A stretch of DNA of 64,000 bases. Origin: Candidatus Iainarchaeum sp. (GTDB taxonomy: Archaea > Iainarchaeota > Iainarchaeia > Iainarchaeales > VGJJ01). Position numbers and translations under genes: made by a program. Numbering within the stretch: position 1 is the first letter of the stretch; each line of letters begins with the position of its first letter. The stretch is taken from positions 267,035 to 331,034 of the forward strand of contig JAUYHT010000006.1 in the NCBI GenBank assembly GCA_030688545.1, in the 5' to 3' direction. Below the pieces are notes generated by a model that saw only the letters and a program-made list of their open reading frames with translations, was not told where the DNA came from and ran no database searches. This document shows positions 18,270-27,414 of the stretch, piece by piece.

Positions 18270-18937
18270 TCAAACGTCAGCCGGCTTTTCACCCTTATTT
18301 CAGTTTCCCCCACTAATACAAGTCGATCGGCCATTCCGAGGAAGAGGCCGGTTTCGAGTACGCCCGGGATGAGACGGGATTGGGAATCAATTTCCTCTAA
18401 AGTCAGTTTGTCGTCGATCGTGGCTTCTACCAGATAGTGGCCGGACTCCGAGAGGGGGGGTTCTTTCTCGTATTTTGAATAATCCACTCGTCCGATTTGC
18501 TCGAGCAGGAGCAGGGTGCGTTTCCACCCGAAGGTGCTGATCTCGAAGGGCACGTCCCCGTGGATTTTGTCATACATCTCCTGGCTCGGGAGGATGGCGA
18601 TCATCTCTCCCGCGGATTGGGCGATCATCTTGTCTCGAACCAGGGAGTAGGTGATGCGTTTGGTGAAATTGTAGTCCGAATCCGCCTGAGAGACGAATTC
18701 GAAGGCGATATCCACCTCCCGCTCATTGAGCGTGGTTAAAGGCAGATGGAATTGTTGGGCCGTGTGCACCTGGCTCGTGGACGTGGGAATGAGGGGGATT
18801 TCCCAGTGGTTCTGCTCGCAGAGCAGACCCAGCTTCTTGAGGAAGAGGTCTCCCAATTGGTTGGTGCCTATGGCGATGACCTTCCCGTCCTTGACGTATT
18901 TGGCCAGGAACGCGTCCACGTGATCTTCCGAGAGCAT
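18266..18937 (-). CDS. ribose-5-phosphate isomerase A-like protein (divergent; canonical catalytic motifs substituted)
   Basis: alignable to RpiA over full length (…YVKDGKVIAIGT…IPTS…IPGVLETGLF…VLVG) but GTGST, DGADE and KGGGG motifs are replaced. Confidence 0.5.
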   Translation of the reverse strand: MLSEDHVDAFLAKYVKDGKVIAIGTNQLGDLFLKKLGLLCEQNHWEIPLIPTSTSQVHTAQQFHLPLTTLNEREVDIAFEFVSQADSDYNFTKRITYSLVRDKMIAQSAGEMIAILPSQEMYDKIHGDVPFEISTFGWKRTLLLLEQIGRVDYSKYEKEPPLSESGHYLVEATIDDKLTLEEIDSQSRLIPGVLETGLFLGMADRLVLVGETEIRVKSRLTFE

Positions 18938-19030
18938 GCGGGAGAATGAGATTAGGGGGATATAAGGATTAGGGAGAAAAAGGAAGGAAGCCCGGGAAAC
19001 TCCCGGGCGTTAATTTTAATGCCGATCCCG

Positions 19031-19126
19031 TTAGCGGCGGGCGCGGGGGCGCGAGCTTGCGGGGCTTCGGCGGGCTGAAGCGGCTGGGCTTCGGGCTCTC
19101 GAAGAGGCTCTTCGTGCAGCGGCCAT
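19031..19126 (-). CDS. tiny R/S/A-rich ORF (31 aa) with strong SD
   Basis: AAAGGAGGG 8 nt upstream of ATG; MAAARRASSRARSPAASARRSPASSRPRARR. Confidence 0.25.
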   Translation of the reverse strand: MAAARRASSRARSPAASARRSPASSRPRARR

Positions 19127-19173
19127 GGTGGTGTTCCCTCCTTTTTGGTGATTAATGGATTTGGAAAGGAGTA

Positions 19174-19239
19174 TTACCTCTTCTTTCCTCTCTTCCCCTT
19201 CTTGGCGGGGGTGACTTTTTTAGCCTTCTTTTTGGGCAT
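19174..19239 (-). CDS. tiny Lys-rich ORF (21 aa) with SD
   Basis: AGGAGA 10 nt upstream; MPKKKAKKVTPAKKGKRGKKR. Confidence 0.25.
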   Translation of the reverse strand: MPKKKAKKVTPAKKGKRGKKR

Positions 19240-19464
19240 TTTTTACATTCTCCTTTGAACGATTTTCTTAAAAAAAATCGTCGCATGGTGTGCAGTCTTC
19301 TGGTATTTAAACGTGTATCTTTTTTGGGGCGGTTTGGCGCGCGGGAACGACCGCCTCTCCTAATTTCGAAGGATGGAACACCCGTGCGCGTTTTCAAAAC
19401 GGCGCCCTGAATGATGCAGAAATAGACTGTTTTTCGCCATTTTTTCAAATGGCCGAAGGAGGTG

Positions 19465-19929
19465 TCACCGCTTTCGGTCATAGCGCCCAATGAGTTGAGC
19501 GTCCTGGAGGATGCGGCCCACCATGGCATCCTCGACTTCTTTCTTGGAGACCCCTTCCCATAAATCCAATTTCCGGTCCAGGGCATAGAGCCGGAAGACA
19601 TACCGGTGTTCCCTATCCGAGGGGCAGGGGCCGGTGTAGGCATTCTCCCCCTGCGTGTTCCGCCCCACCACTCCTTCGGGATTCGTTCCTTCTGGGATAG
19701 AAGCCGTGGAGGTGGGAATATCTATTACCACCCAATGGTCCCAGGAGGTGATTTTTTTGGTCATCCGCACTGATTCCGGGATGTCCGGGTCGTCCATGAG
19801 CAGGACGAGCGAGCGGGCATGCCCGGGCACTCCGGTGATGGTGAGGGGTGGGGATATGTTTTCCCCGTCACAGGTGTACTTTTGGGGAATTTTTTCTCCA
19901 TGCGCGAATGCGGGGGATAGGAGTTTCAT
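19465..19929 (-). CDS. PEBP/YbhB-YbcL family protein
   Basis: MKLLSPAFAHGEKIPQKYTCDGENISPPL...DDPD...WDHWVV...GRNTQGENAYTGPCP...HRYVFRLYALD. Confidence 0.75.
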   Translation of the reverse strand: MKLLSPAFAHGEKIPQKYTCDGENISPPLTITGVPGHARSLVLLMDDPDIPESVRMTKKITSWDHWVVIDIPTSTASIPEGTNPEGVVGRNTQGENAYTGPCPSDREHRYVFRLYALDRKLDLWEGVSKKEVEDAMVGRILQDAQLIGRYDRKR

Positions 19930-20137
19930 TCGGGCTACCTTCATAAGAGGACTATTTGGAAAATTATAAGGATACTTTTCAGGATGCATTAGAAAAGGGA
20001 ATCCAAAATGGTTTGAAAAGGGGGCCCAGACTGGCGGGGGGGAATGGTATGTTCCCCTTCTTGGGTCCGAGGCCTCTGGGGAATAACGGTCAAAACGGCC
20101 ACTGGGCAACTTTTTTTGAATAGGCTTTTGCCAAATA

Positions 20138-20209
20138 AGCCTCTGGCGAGAGTTGAACTCGCGACCTCCACATTACCAATGTGGCGCTCTACCACTGAGC
20201 TACAGAGGC
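20138..20209 (-). tRNA. tRNA-Thr (anticodon GGU)
   Basis: acceptor gcctctg/cagaggc, anticodon loop ttGGTaa, T arm gcgag-ttcaact-ctcgc; TTTAAAT TATA-like ~27 bp upstream. Confidence 0.85.
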
Positions 20210-20265
20210 CGTTTTCCTAAAGAGCACGCGGGGGAATCCATTTAAAGTGGGTGGCGGAGCATAGG

Positions 20266-20484
20266 TTATAGCGTTTTAAGATGAAGGGGAAAGTACTTTT
20301 CAGTATGAAAAATGACCCAAATGTCACCCTTTTTCATGAGCGGCGTTCCAATCCGACGAGACTCCCCCGAAAAAATTTCCTTTCCTTTTCCACTAAAAAA
20401 AACCCCATCCTCAAATAGAGGCGCATGAGGGAAGGCGTAAGCGTCGCTTCCGTCCGCTCCCGCATCCAGAATCGTTTCGGTCAT
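20266..20484 (-). CDS. hypothetical small protein
   Basis: 72-aa ORF, protein-like composition; no SD. Confidence 0.3.
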   Translation of the reverse strand: MTETILDAGADGSDAYAFPHAPLFEDGVFFSGKGKEIFSGESRRIGTPLMKKGDIWVIFHTEKYFPLHLKTL

Positions 20485-20516
20485 CGGACGCGTTTACATC
20501 TATCAAGTCGGAGTGG

Positions 20517-20780
20517 TTGGAAGAAGTGAAAGAGGAAGTGGAGCGGAAGATCGCCATCGAATGGGATAGGATGAAGGAATATGCACCTTCTTTCACCCGA
20601 AAGATGATCGCCAGAGATTTCGCGCAAGGCAGTGGGAATGATGATGACATGTTCCGTCGGGCCCGGATTTTCATGGGAGGAGAAGAGGACAAGACCCTCT
20701 ATTTCATTTTTTATGATCCCGTGAAGCAACGGTTCTGGTGTCATTCCACCCGGCGCATGGAGGATAACTTTCGGGATTAA
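20517..20780 (+). CDS. hypothetical small acidic protein (TTG start)
   Basis: 87-aa ORF convergent with hisS; mutually exclusive with antisense ORFs 20411-20744. Confidence 0.3.
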   Translation: MEEVKEEVERKIAIEWDRMKEYAPSFTRKMIARDFAQGSGNDDDMFRRARIFMGGEEDKTLYFIFYDPVKQRFWCHSTRRMEDNFRD

Positions 20781-20781
20781 C

Positions 20782-22092
20782 TCATTTCAGGATTCGGCGC
20801 TCTATTTCTTTCTCCAGTTTCCCTTTCTCATCGAGGGGGATGAGTGTTTCTTCTCCGCTCGTCATATCACGGAGGGTAATTCCTCCATTTGCCGTTTCAT
20901 CTTCACCCAGGATGAGCACCACTGGTATCCCCTGGGAATTGGCATAATTCATGTTTTTGCTTATTCCGCGGCGCATGAGGTCAATTTCCACACGTAATCC
21001 ATAGGCGCGCAGCCGGTCAATGACATTCAGACAGGTAGGGAGGGTATCCCCAATGGGGATGACATAAACTTCCACCCGCGTCTCCTCGAATGTTTCAGCG
21101 AGAATATCCACCAGTCGATCCACTCCGAAAGAAATACCCACCGCGGGAAGCGAGGGACCCCCGAAATATTGGATGAGCGTGTCGTATCTCCCCCCACCCC
21201 CCACGGATGCCGTGATCCCGGCTTGGATCTCGAACACGCTTCCCGTGTAATAGTCCATTCCCCGCACGAGGGAAGGGTCATATGTCACGTATTCGTCTTT
21301 GCCTTGCGCCCCAAGCAGCGCCATTATCGTTTCAAGGGCCATAATCCCTTGCGTCGCGATGGCACTCGTCTTGACGTCATTCTTGGTCTTCTCGAGAGCG
21401 TCGTTCAAGTAGGTGAGGATGGTGATGGGCAGTTCGGCGGCCTGCAGTTCCTTCCGTACCCCTTCCTGTCCCAATTTATCCCACTTGTCCAGGATGCGCA
21501 TGGCCTCCGTAGTACGAGAGGGGGGAATGCCATTCATGCTCATGAGTTCATTCATGATGCGTCGATCATTCAGTCGGATGGAAAAATCCTCGAATCCCAA
21601 TGCCCGCATCGTGTCGATGGCAAATGAGAGGCATTCCGCATCGGCCTCCGGAAAAGGGGAACCGATGATGTCCACATCCCCCTGCGTGAATTCCCGGTAG
21701 CGGAAGGCTTGAGGGTTTTCATAGCGGTACACCGTTCCCAGGTTGAATGATTTAATGGGTTTAGGGAGATCAGGATTTCCTATGACTACGCGTGCGAGGG
21801 AGGTGGTGAATTCGAACCGTAATCCCAATTGGCGCTTGGATTGGTCCTCGAGACGAAACATCTCTTTCTGCACCGCGTCCCCCGCGCCCCCTTTGGCGGC
21901 GAGGAGATCATAGTATTCAATCACCGGCACCTGCATGGGTTCAAACCCATATTGGAGGGCTTTTTGGTAAATAATCTGTTCCACCCATCGTTTGACGCGC
22001 GCGGGTTTTCCAAGGATGTCGCGCATCCCCTTTACGGGTTGAAGGGGAATCCCTGGTTTCTCGTCATCCATACGTGAATTGGATTCGGCCAT
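20782..22092 (-). CDS. hisS: histidyl-tRNA synthetase
   Basis: class II aaRS motifs, HisRS-specific RGMDYYTGSVFE and GGGRYD, C-terminal anticodon-binding domain. Confidence 0.9.
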   Translation of the reverse strand: MAESNSRMDDEKPGIPLQPVKGMRDILGKPARVKRWVEQIIYQKALQYGFEPMQVPVIEYYDLLAAKGGAGDAVQKEMFRLEDQSKRQLGLRFEFTTSLARVVIGNPDLPKPIKSFNLGTVYRYENPQAFRYREFTQGDVDIIGSPFPEADAECLSFAIDTMRALGFEDFSIRLNDRRIMNELMSMNGIPPSRTTEAMRILDKWDKLGQEGVRKELQAAELPITILTYLNDALEKTKNDVKTSAIATQGIMALETIMALLGAQGKDEYVTYDPSLVRGMDYYTGSVFEIQAGITASVGGGGRYDTLIQYFGGPSLPAVGISFGVDRLVDILAETFEETRVEVYVIPIGDTLPTCLNVIDRLRAYGLRVEIDLMRRGISKNMNYANSQGIPVVLILGEDETANGGITLRDMTSGEETLIPLDEKGKLEKEIERRILK

Positions 22093-22140
22093 AACGTAGT
22101 CCCTTCCCCGATGCTATAAAAAAGGGGTGGGAAAGGGGGC

Positions 22141-22995
22141 TTATTCCCCTTTCTGCTTCCACCAGAGGGATTGGATGAATGCCCCCGCGGCGAGCACGGT
22201 GAATAGTCGTCCTGCCCAGGAGTAGGCATCTCCCGGCCCGGTGGATAGGAGGAAATCGGTGGCAATCAGAGCGAGCGTCCCCATCCCAATGAGGTGCCAC
22301 TGCGCGGACTGCGAGGTCTTTCCCCGGTTGAGCAAGGCATACCGGATGGAGGCCAATACGAATAGGACTTGGACTATTGTCACCAGCTGCTGGCGCCAGA
22401 GCGAAGGAACCCCATCCGCGATGAATAATGATGGGAGGGTCGCGTGGAGTTGGTATAGACCCACCAGGAACACGATGAGGAGGGCCAGGGACACCATGAC
22501 GATGTGGGGAGCCGCATGCAGCTTGCCCTGGCGGGGGGCGAATAAGAAGAATATCCCTGACAGCCCTAATCCGAATACGAGGAGGTAGTAGCCGAGGCTC
22601 GCATTGTCTTGGGCGAGCAGGCCGAATAATCCTGCCAATCCTAATCCGATGAACAGGAAGGTGACGCTCAGCATGCAAAGGGCAATCCCCTGGAAGAGGT
22701 CGAATTGGCTGCGCTCGGATACCGCGTGACGGAAGGATTCGGCGGCCACCAGGAGGATGAGGCCTCCGCTCAGCAAGTACAGAATGGCGCCCCCCCATTC
22801 CCATTCGGAGAAAGAGAAATTAGCCGAAAATATTTGGAGAGCGAAATGCACCACCAGCATGAGCACAATGAGCACCGGCATGGTGATGCGCGAAGGGAGC
22901 AACCATCGAGTGTGCCCTTCATAGTCATAGCGAGCCAGGATCATGCCGGGATGAAACCCATCGCCCTTTTTAATGGGCGCATCCGGGTTAGGCAA
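22141..22995 (-). CDS. polytopic membrane protein, unknown function
   Basis: ~8 TM helices. Confidence 0.5.
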   Translation of the reverse strand: MPNPDAPIKKGDGFHPGMILARYDYEGHTRWLLPSRITMPVLIVLMLVVHFALQIFSANFSFSEWEWGGAILYLLSGGLILLVAAESFRHAVSERSQFDLFQGIALCMLSVTFLFIGLGLAGLFGLLAQDNASLGYYLLVFGLGLSGIFFLFAPRQGKLHAAPHIVMVSLALLIVFLVGLYQLHATLPSLFIADGVPSLWRQQLVTIVQVLFVLASIRYALLNRGKTSQSAQWHLIGMGTLALIATDFLLSTGPGDAYSWAGRLFTVLAAGAFIQSLWWKQKGE

Positions 22996-23098
22996 TAAAA
23001 CCCATGCTCTTTTTCACGAGGGATTTTCCATTTCCAGGGAAAAAGCGGCCCATAAAAAGGGCTTTTCATAAACCTTTTCCTTCGAATTCCATTGGAAT

Positions 23099-23170
23099 GG
23101 CCCGTGCGGTGTGACGGTCGCATCCCAGCCTGTGGAGCTGGTGGAGGGGGTTCGACTCCCCCCATGGGCA
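23099..23170 (+). tRNA. tRNA-His (anticodon GUG) with encoded G-1
   Basis: g-1 + gcccgtg/catgggc acceptor, anticodon loop ctGTGga, T arm ggggg-ttcgact-ccccc. Confidence 0.8.
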
Positions 23171-23219
23171 CTCATTTGGTAACAGTTTGAGGGGAAATTA
23201 TCCTCTTTTCAACAAATTA

Positions 23220-23855
23220 TCATACGCCGAACCCGATCGAACTGAAAATGGCGAAAACCAGAATTGGAATAAGTACTATAAGCAAACCAAATAGGATGAC
23301 CAATAATATCATCCGGGCAATGAACGCTTGCCACACCTTTATTCTATTTGCGACGGCACTCGCGAGAATGGACAAGTAAAAGCTATAGAACAACATGATA
23401 ACCAAAAGAATCATGATTATCCAAGCGATTACGGGAACAACGCTCGCGATGATACTCATGAGTATTAAGATTATCATCGTTGGGATATCAACTACCGATT
23501 GCAGGTAGACGTTTTGGGCATAGGTCCCATTGGATTTGAAAAGTTTGGAGAATAGTTTGTCCATTCCAGACGTAAAGCCGAAGTAGAGAAACATGGCCAC
23601 TGAAAAGAAGATTGAAATAAAAAGTAGGGCCATCAGCACGGCCCCTGCCACTTCCAATCCTGAGGTGCCTTCAGGAACCATCGGTAGTTCATCGACGAAA
23701 ACAGCCAGGATCGATAAAACAAGACCCACTATGAACCCCCATACCAGGAAGCGCTTGGCCGCGAGACGGGAGTCCGCGAATGAAAGCTCGCGCTTAAGGA
23801 TTTCCCTGGGTTTGAGGAGCACACCAAAGTTAAGGTCGAATATCCTTTCGGTCAT
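23220..23855 (-). CDS. multi-pass membrane protein (Yip1-like topology)
   Basis: cytosolic N-terminus then 5 TM. Confidence 0.45.
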   Translation of the reverse strand: MTERIFDLNFGVLLKPREILKRELSFADSRLAAKRFLVWGFIVGLVLSILAVFVDELPMVPEGTSGLEVAGAVLMALLFISIFFSVAMFLYFGFTSGMDKLFSKLFKSNGTYAQNVYLQSVVDIPTMIILILMSIIASVVPVIAWIIMILLVIMLFYSFYLSILASAVANRIKVWQAFIARMILLVILFGLLIVLIPILVFAIFSSIGFGV

Positions 23856-23998
23856 GGCAAGGGCAATGATTCAAGATATTTAAACTTTTAGGGGATGGTT
23901 GTTTCGCCAGGAAGAGAGGGGGTTGGCTTATAATCTTGTATCAGAGAGAATGTGGTGTCGACCTGTAGTATTGTGAACAGGTTTTGTCAATGAATAAA

Positions 23999-24072
23999 GC
24001 CCGTGTGGTGTAGTCTGGACAGCATAAAAGCTTGCGGAGCTTTAGACCTGGGTTCAAATCCCAGCACGGGTG
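23999..24072 (+). tRNA. tRNA-Arg (anticodon GCG)
   Basis: acceptor gcccgtg/cacgggt (G1-U72 wobble), anticodon arm aaagc-ttGCGga-gcttt, T arm ctggg-ttcaaat-cccag. Confidence 0.7.
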
Positions 24073-24249
24073 TTGGTGGGGATTCGTACAATCCCTCCAT
24101 TTTATTTTCGTCTTTGGTTTTAAAAAAAAAAATGAGTCGCCTCAATCACTTTTTTCAAAATGTGACGGTTGCCAGGATTTGTTTCCCGCGCCCCCAAACA
24201 AGCGCAATCATACTAAAGGGTGTAACGACTCAAATACGTATTCGGAATT

Positions 24250-25440
24250 TCAGCTCGACCCGGGAGGATAAGGGTTGGGTGCGGGAGCGGGGATGGGGGC
24301 GGGAGGAGCATCCGCGGGAGGCTCTTCCACGTGCTCGTACGTGGGGGTGCTGACATCGTCAGTGGTGGGAGGGGGCGAATAGGACCAGGAGGAGGGAGAG
24401 CTGGGGGTTTCGGGCACCGGTTCGGGGGCGTCTTGGCGCACGTCCTGCTCCCACCCCGCGATAGGAGAAGTTGGGATATAGGTTTCTTTGGGGATGTAGT
24501 TCGAGGCGATTGTTCCAAACACCGTGGCCATGGGTTGAATAATGAAGGTGGCGGCGAGAAAGTAGAGCAGCGAGCCCAACAGCGCGGCGAAAACCCAATA
24601 GTTTTCCCTCACGAAGGTGAAGCCGGGAACCTTGTCTTGCACCTGCGCCACAATAGCTTGCGGATCGAGTTGGCTTTGTTGTTCCCGCACTTGCGCCAGG
24701 ATGGCGGCGCGATAGGATGGATCATCCAGGCTGGCGAGAGTGAGGTCGATGAGTTGGACGAAGGATTGGGCATCCGGGTCACTGCTGCCCCGGAGGTTCT
24801 GGAAATCAACGGAGGTGGTGATTTGGGTTAGGGTGTTGCGCTGGGATTGGATGAGGAAATCCGCTGTCACCTGATCCACGTCCAATTGAGAAAGGATGCG
24901 TCCTCCGAAGAGGGAGGCCTCGAAATCATGGTAGAGGGCGTCCCCCTGCGGCGCGGCGAATAAAGCCAGCGTCACCAGTACCCCGACCCCTAAAATCTGG
25001 AGTCCACGTTGCGCCCCATTGAAGCTACTGCGGAAAACGGGGAAGTTCTTGAGTTCCATTCGCTTGATGCGCGTGGTTTCAAGCATGAGGGGGATGCTTC
25101 CTAAGTAGAAGAGGGACAATGGATACCATTGGGCGAAATTCCCCCAAACCACAGCGGCAATGGCCAGGGCCAGAATCGTTGGAATGAGGGTCGCGATGTA
25201 CACCCTGCCCCTTTCGTCCTTGTCCGAGTAGGCGGTGAACAATCCGATAGTGAGAGAGAAGAATACTGCGAATAATACAAATGTTCCGCTGATCAACACA
25301 CTCAGAGCGTCCACATTTCCGATGGCCGTGAGCAATTGGTCAGGGGTCAGGCGGAGTTCATTGAGGAAAAAGGCCCACGCGAGCGTGGTCAGGAACACGA
25401 GTGCGCCGATTATGAGCGGCTTGTGCACATCCTCATTCAT
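24250..25440 (-). CDS. membrane protein with C-terminal proline-rich tail
   Basis: start set at MNEDVHKPL, overlapping the MetAP stop by 4 nt; 6-7 TM; C-terminus PEPVPETPSSPSS...PAPIPAPAPNPYPPGSS. Confidence 0.5.
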   Translation of the reverse strand: MNEDVHKPLIIGALVFLTTLAWAFFLNELRLTPDQLLTAIGNVDALSVLISGTFVLFAVFFSLTIGLFTAYSDKDERGRVYIATLIPTILALAIAAVVWGNFAQWYPLSLFYLGSIPLMLETTRIKRMELKNFPVFRSSFNGAQRGLQILGVGVLVTLALFAAPQGDALYHDFEASLFGGRILSQLDVDQVTADFLIQSQRNTLTQITTSVDFQNLRGSSDPDAQSFVQLIDLTLASLDDPSYRAAILAQVREQQSQLDPQAIVAQVQDKVPGFTFVRENYWVFAALLGSLLYFLAATFIIQPMATVFGTIASNYIPKETYIPTSPIAGWEQDVRQDAPEPVPETPSSPSSWSYSPPPTTDDVSTPTYEHVEEPPADAPPAPIPAPAPNPYPPGSS

Positions 25441-26342
25441 ACCAGGCGCTTGACTGAATCCTGGTTTATTAACATGGTAGTCTCGAATTGGGCCACGATG
25501 GCCCCCTTCTTCTCCCGCAACACTGGATGAGGGGTGATGGCACCAAATTTCACCAGGTCGCGCAGCGCGGTCTTTCGGGAGAAATCCGACATATCCAAAT
25601 CGCGGGCGAGCCATCGTTCCGCGAAGGGCAATCCTTCATAGTGTTCGAGGCAGAAATCAACCATGCGGCGCGCATGGGGATTGCGAACGGGCACCTTTTC
25701 ATGCACTTCGAAAATTTCTATTTGGGGGGCCTCGAAAATTTCTCCATTTCCCCGGATGGAAGCGAAGGGTTCCATGGCGTAGGCATGTCCCTCTTCAATG
25801 GGGGATGGGTCGTCATTGGCAATATTTGGAATGGTAGGGGAACAGTGAGCCGTGTAGGCGTCGAGTCCGTGGCCGGACAAGTTGAGAATGGGATCCACCC
25901 CATATTTTTTCAGGGTGCCCCCGATGGCGGCTCCAAGAACTCGTACTTCCACTCCCATTTTGACTTCCTTGAACCCCGCTTCCAGAGCGGCTTGCGTGGC
26001 GGTGACCAAGTTGGCCACTTCCGCGTCGCCAGAGAAATCAAGTGTGAAGGCCGCGTCGACAATGTACCCGTCATGGTGCACCCCGATGTCCACTTTCAAC
26101 ACATCCCCTTTTTTCACCAGCGTCTCGTCCCCGGCGGATGGAGTATAGTGGGCGGCGATGTCATTCAGGGATAAGTTGATGGGAAAGGCGATGCCGCACC
26201 CGTTTTTTTTTGTCAAGGCCTCAATCTCTTCCGCGATATCCAATAGTTTCACTCCCGGCTGGATCATATCCCGCGCTTTCTGGCGGCAGAGCGCATGCAC
26301 TTTAGCGGCGGTCTCGTAATGGGCAACAATGAGGGGGTCCAT
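25437..26342 (-). CDS. map: methionine aminopeptidase, type 2
   Basis: VDIGVHHDGYIVDAAFT, GHG, EPF metal-ligand motifs. Confidence 0.9.
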   Translation of the reverse strand: MDPLIVAHYETAAKVHALCRQKARDMIQPGVKLLDIAEEIEALTKKNGCGIAFPINLSLNDIAAHYTPSAGDETLVKKGDVLKVDIGVHHDGYIVDAAFTLDFSGDAEVANLVTATQAALEAGFKEVKMGVEVRVLGAAIGGTLKKYGVDPILNLSGHGLDAYTAHCSPTIPNIANDDPSPIEEGHAYAMEPFASIRGNGEIFEAPQIEIFEVHEKVPVRNPHARRMVDFCLEHYEGLPFAERWLARDLDMSDFSRKTALRDLVKFGAITPHPVLREKKGAIVAQFETTMLINQDSVKRLV

Positions 26343-26479
26343 ACCTTTACTCGGAGGGTAATATTGTTAAACGATGGCCTTTGAACCAATGCTTTTCAGG
26401 GGTTCAGTGAACACCCCCTTCTTCCTTGGTTAAGGTCGGATCAAAAGACCCAGCCGCAAGCGGAAGTAGCAATAAAGAT

Positions 26480-27301
26480 CTAAATTGAAATGGGTTCCAG
26501 GAAGCGGGCGTGTGGGAAACTTAAGCGAGTGGATTCAATCTTTTTGATTTCATCAATATAGATTTTCCTTATGGCATCCTTTACTTTATCATTTAGCACC
26601 ACATTTCGAGCCTTTGCAATTTCACCTTTCTTAGCCAATGATATAACTGATTTCTTATTGCCACCATACTTTATGAATAGAACTTCAGGAAGACGATTAT
26701 TTCCAGATAAAAAATCGCCAAATGGTTCGTGATGTTTTTCGAAGTAATCTTGAATGTCGTCATTAATTTGTCGAATTATTCCTATAGAATGAGCAATTTT
26801 TTCTAATTTTTTACTCGGTTTTTTATTTGCTAACAATTGTCCCACATTAAATCCCGTAGAAACATGCCCACCCGTGAATAAACGAACAGCTAGAAAATAG
26901 TTTTCAAAACTACTTGACTTGTTTGAGGAGGAGATTAAAATCTCACCACGATATAAGTCAAATAAATAACCATGAATAGCTTGAAATAATTCAATCTTAA
27001 ATGAATCCTTTGTTTTTAATAAATTAGAAATCTTTGTCATTTTTCGAATGGATTCAAACCGCAGTTTTTCTGCTTTGATTATAGTAAATGGAATTCCTTC
27101 TTGAACATAAATACAAGCTTTTCCGTTACGCGTTTTTGAGGCATCAATAATATCATCAAGCATCATTACAGAATCATCAAGACCATTAGATATTTCTCTA
27201 AGCAATTTTTCATGGTTGGATGGAAACTTTTTTGCAGTTGCAAACTCATATCCTGCTTTCACATATACTGCAAAACTTTTTTCGAATTTTTGCAATGCCA
27301 T
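26480..27301 (-). CDS. polyprenyl (trans-isoprenyl) diphosphate synthase family
   Basis: first (MLDDIIDAS) and second (QINDDIQDY) DDxxD motifs; gene is strongly AT-rich. Confidence 0.75.
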   Translation of the reverse strand: MALQKFEKSFAVYVKAGYEFATAKKFPSNHEKLLREISNGLDDSVMMLDDIIDASKTRNGKACIYVQEGIPFTIIKAEKLRFESIRKMTKISNLLKTKDSFKIELFQAIHGYLFDLYRGEILISSSNKSSSFENYFLAVRLFTGGHVSTGFNVGQLLANKKPSKKLEKIAHSIGIIRQINDDIQDYFEKHHEPFGDFLSGNNRLPEVLFIKYGGNKKSVISLAKKGEIAKARNVVLNDKVKDAIRKIYIDEIKKIESTRLSFPHARFLEPISI

Positions 27302-27414
27302 GATAATCCTATAAAAGTACTAAATAAAAACCAGCAGAGATAAAATTATGTAGTCATAATACTTTCTCTGCTTAAATCGTTTTTGAACAAACTATTTTAG
27401 AAAAAAAGTTTCTT

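Noticed and set aside
19152-19643. 163-aa Arg-rich minus ORF
   Set aside because: Overlaps the PEBP gene in another frame and has compositional junk. Only the independent SD-led 21-aa ORF at its 3' end is kept as a low-confidence call.
22064-22804. 246-aa Arg/Pro/Gly-rich ORF
   Set aside because: Out-of-frame shadow of the 22141-22995 membrane protein gene.
24331-24831. 166-aa Gly/Arg-rich plus-strand ORF
   Set aside because: Antisense shadow of the proline-rich tail of the 24250-25440 gene.
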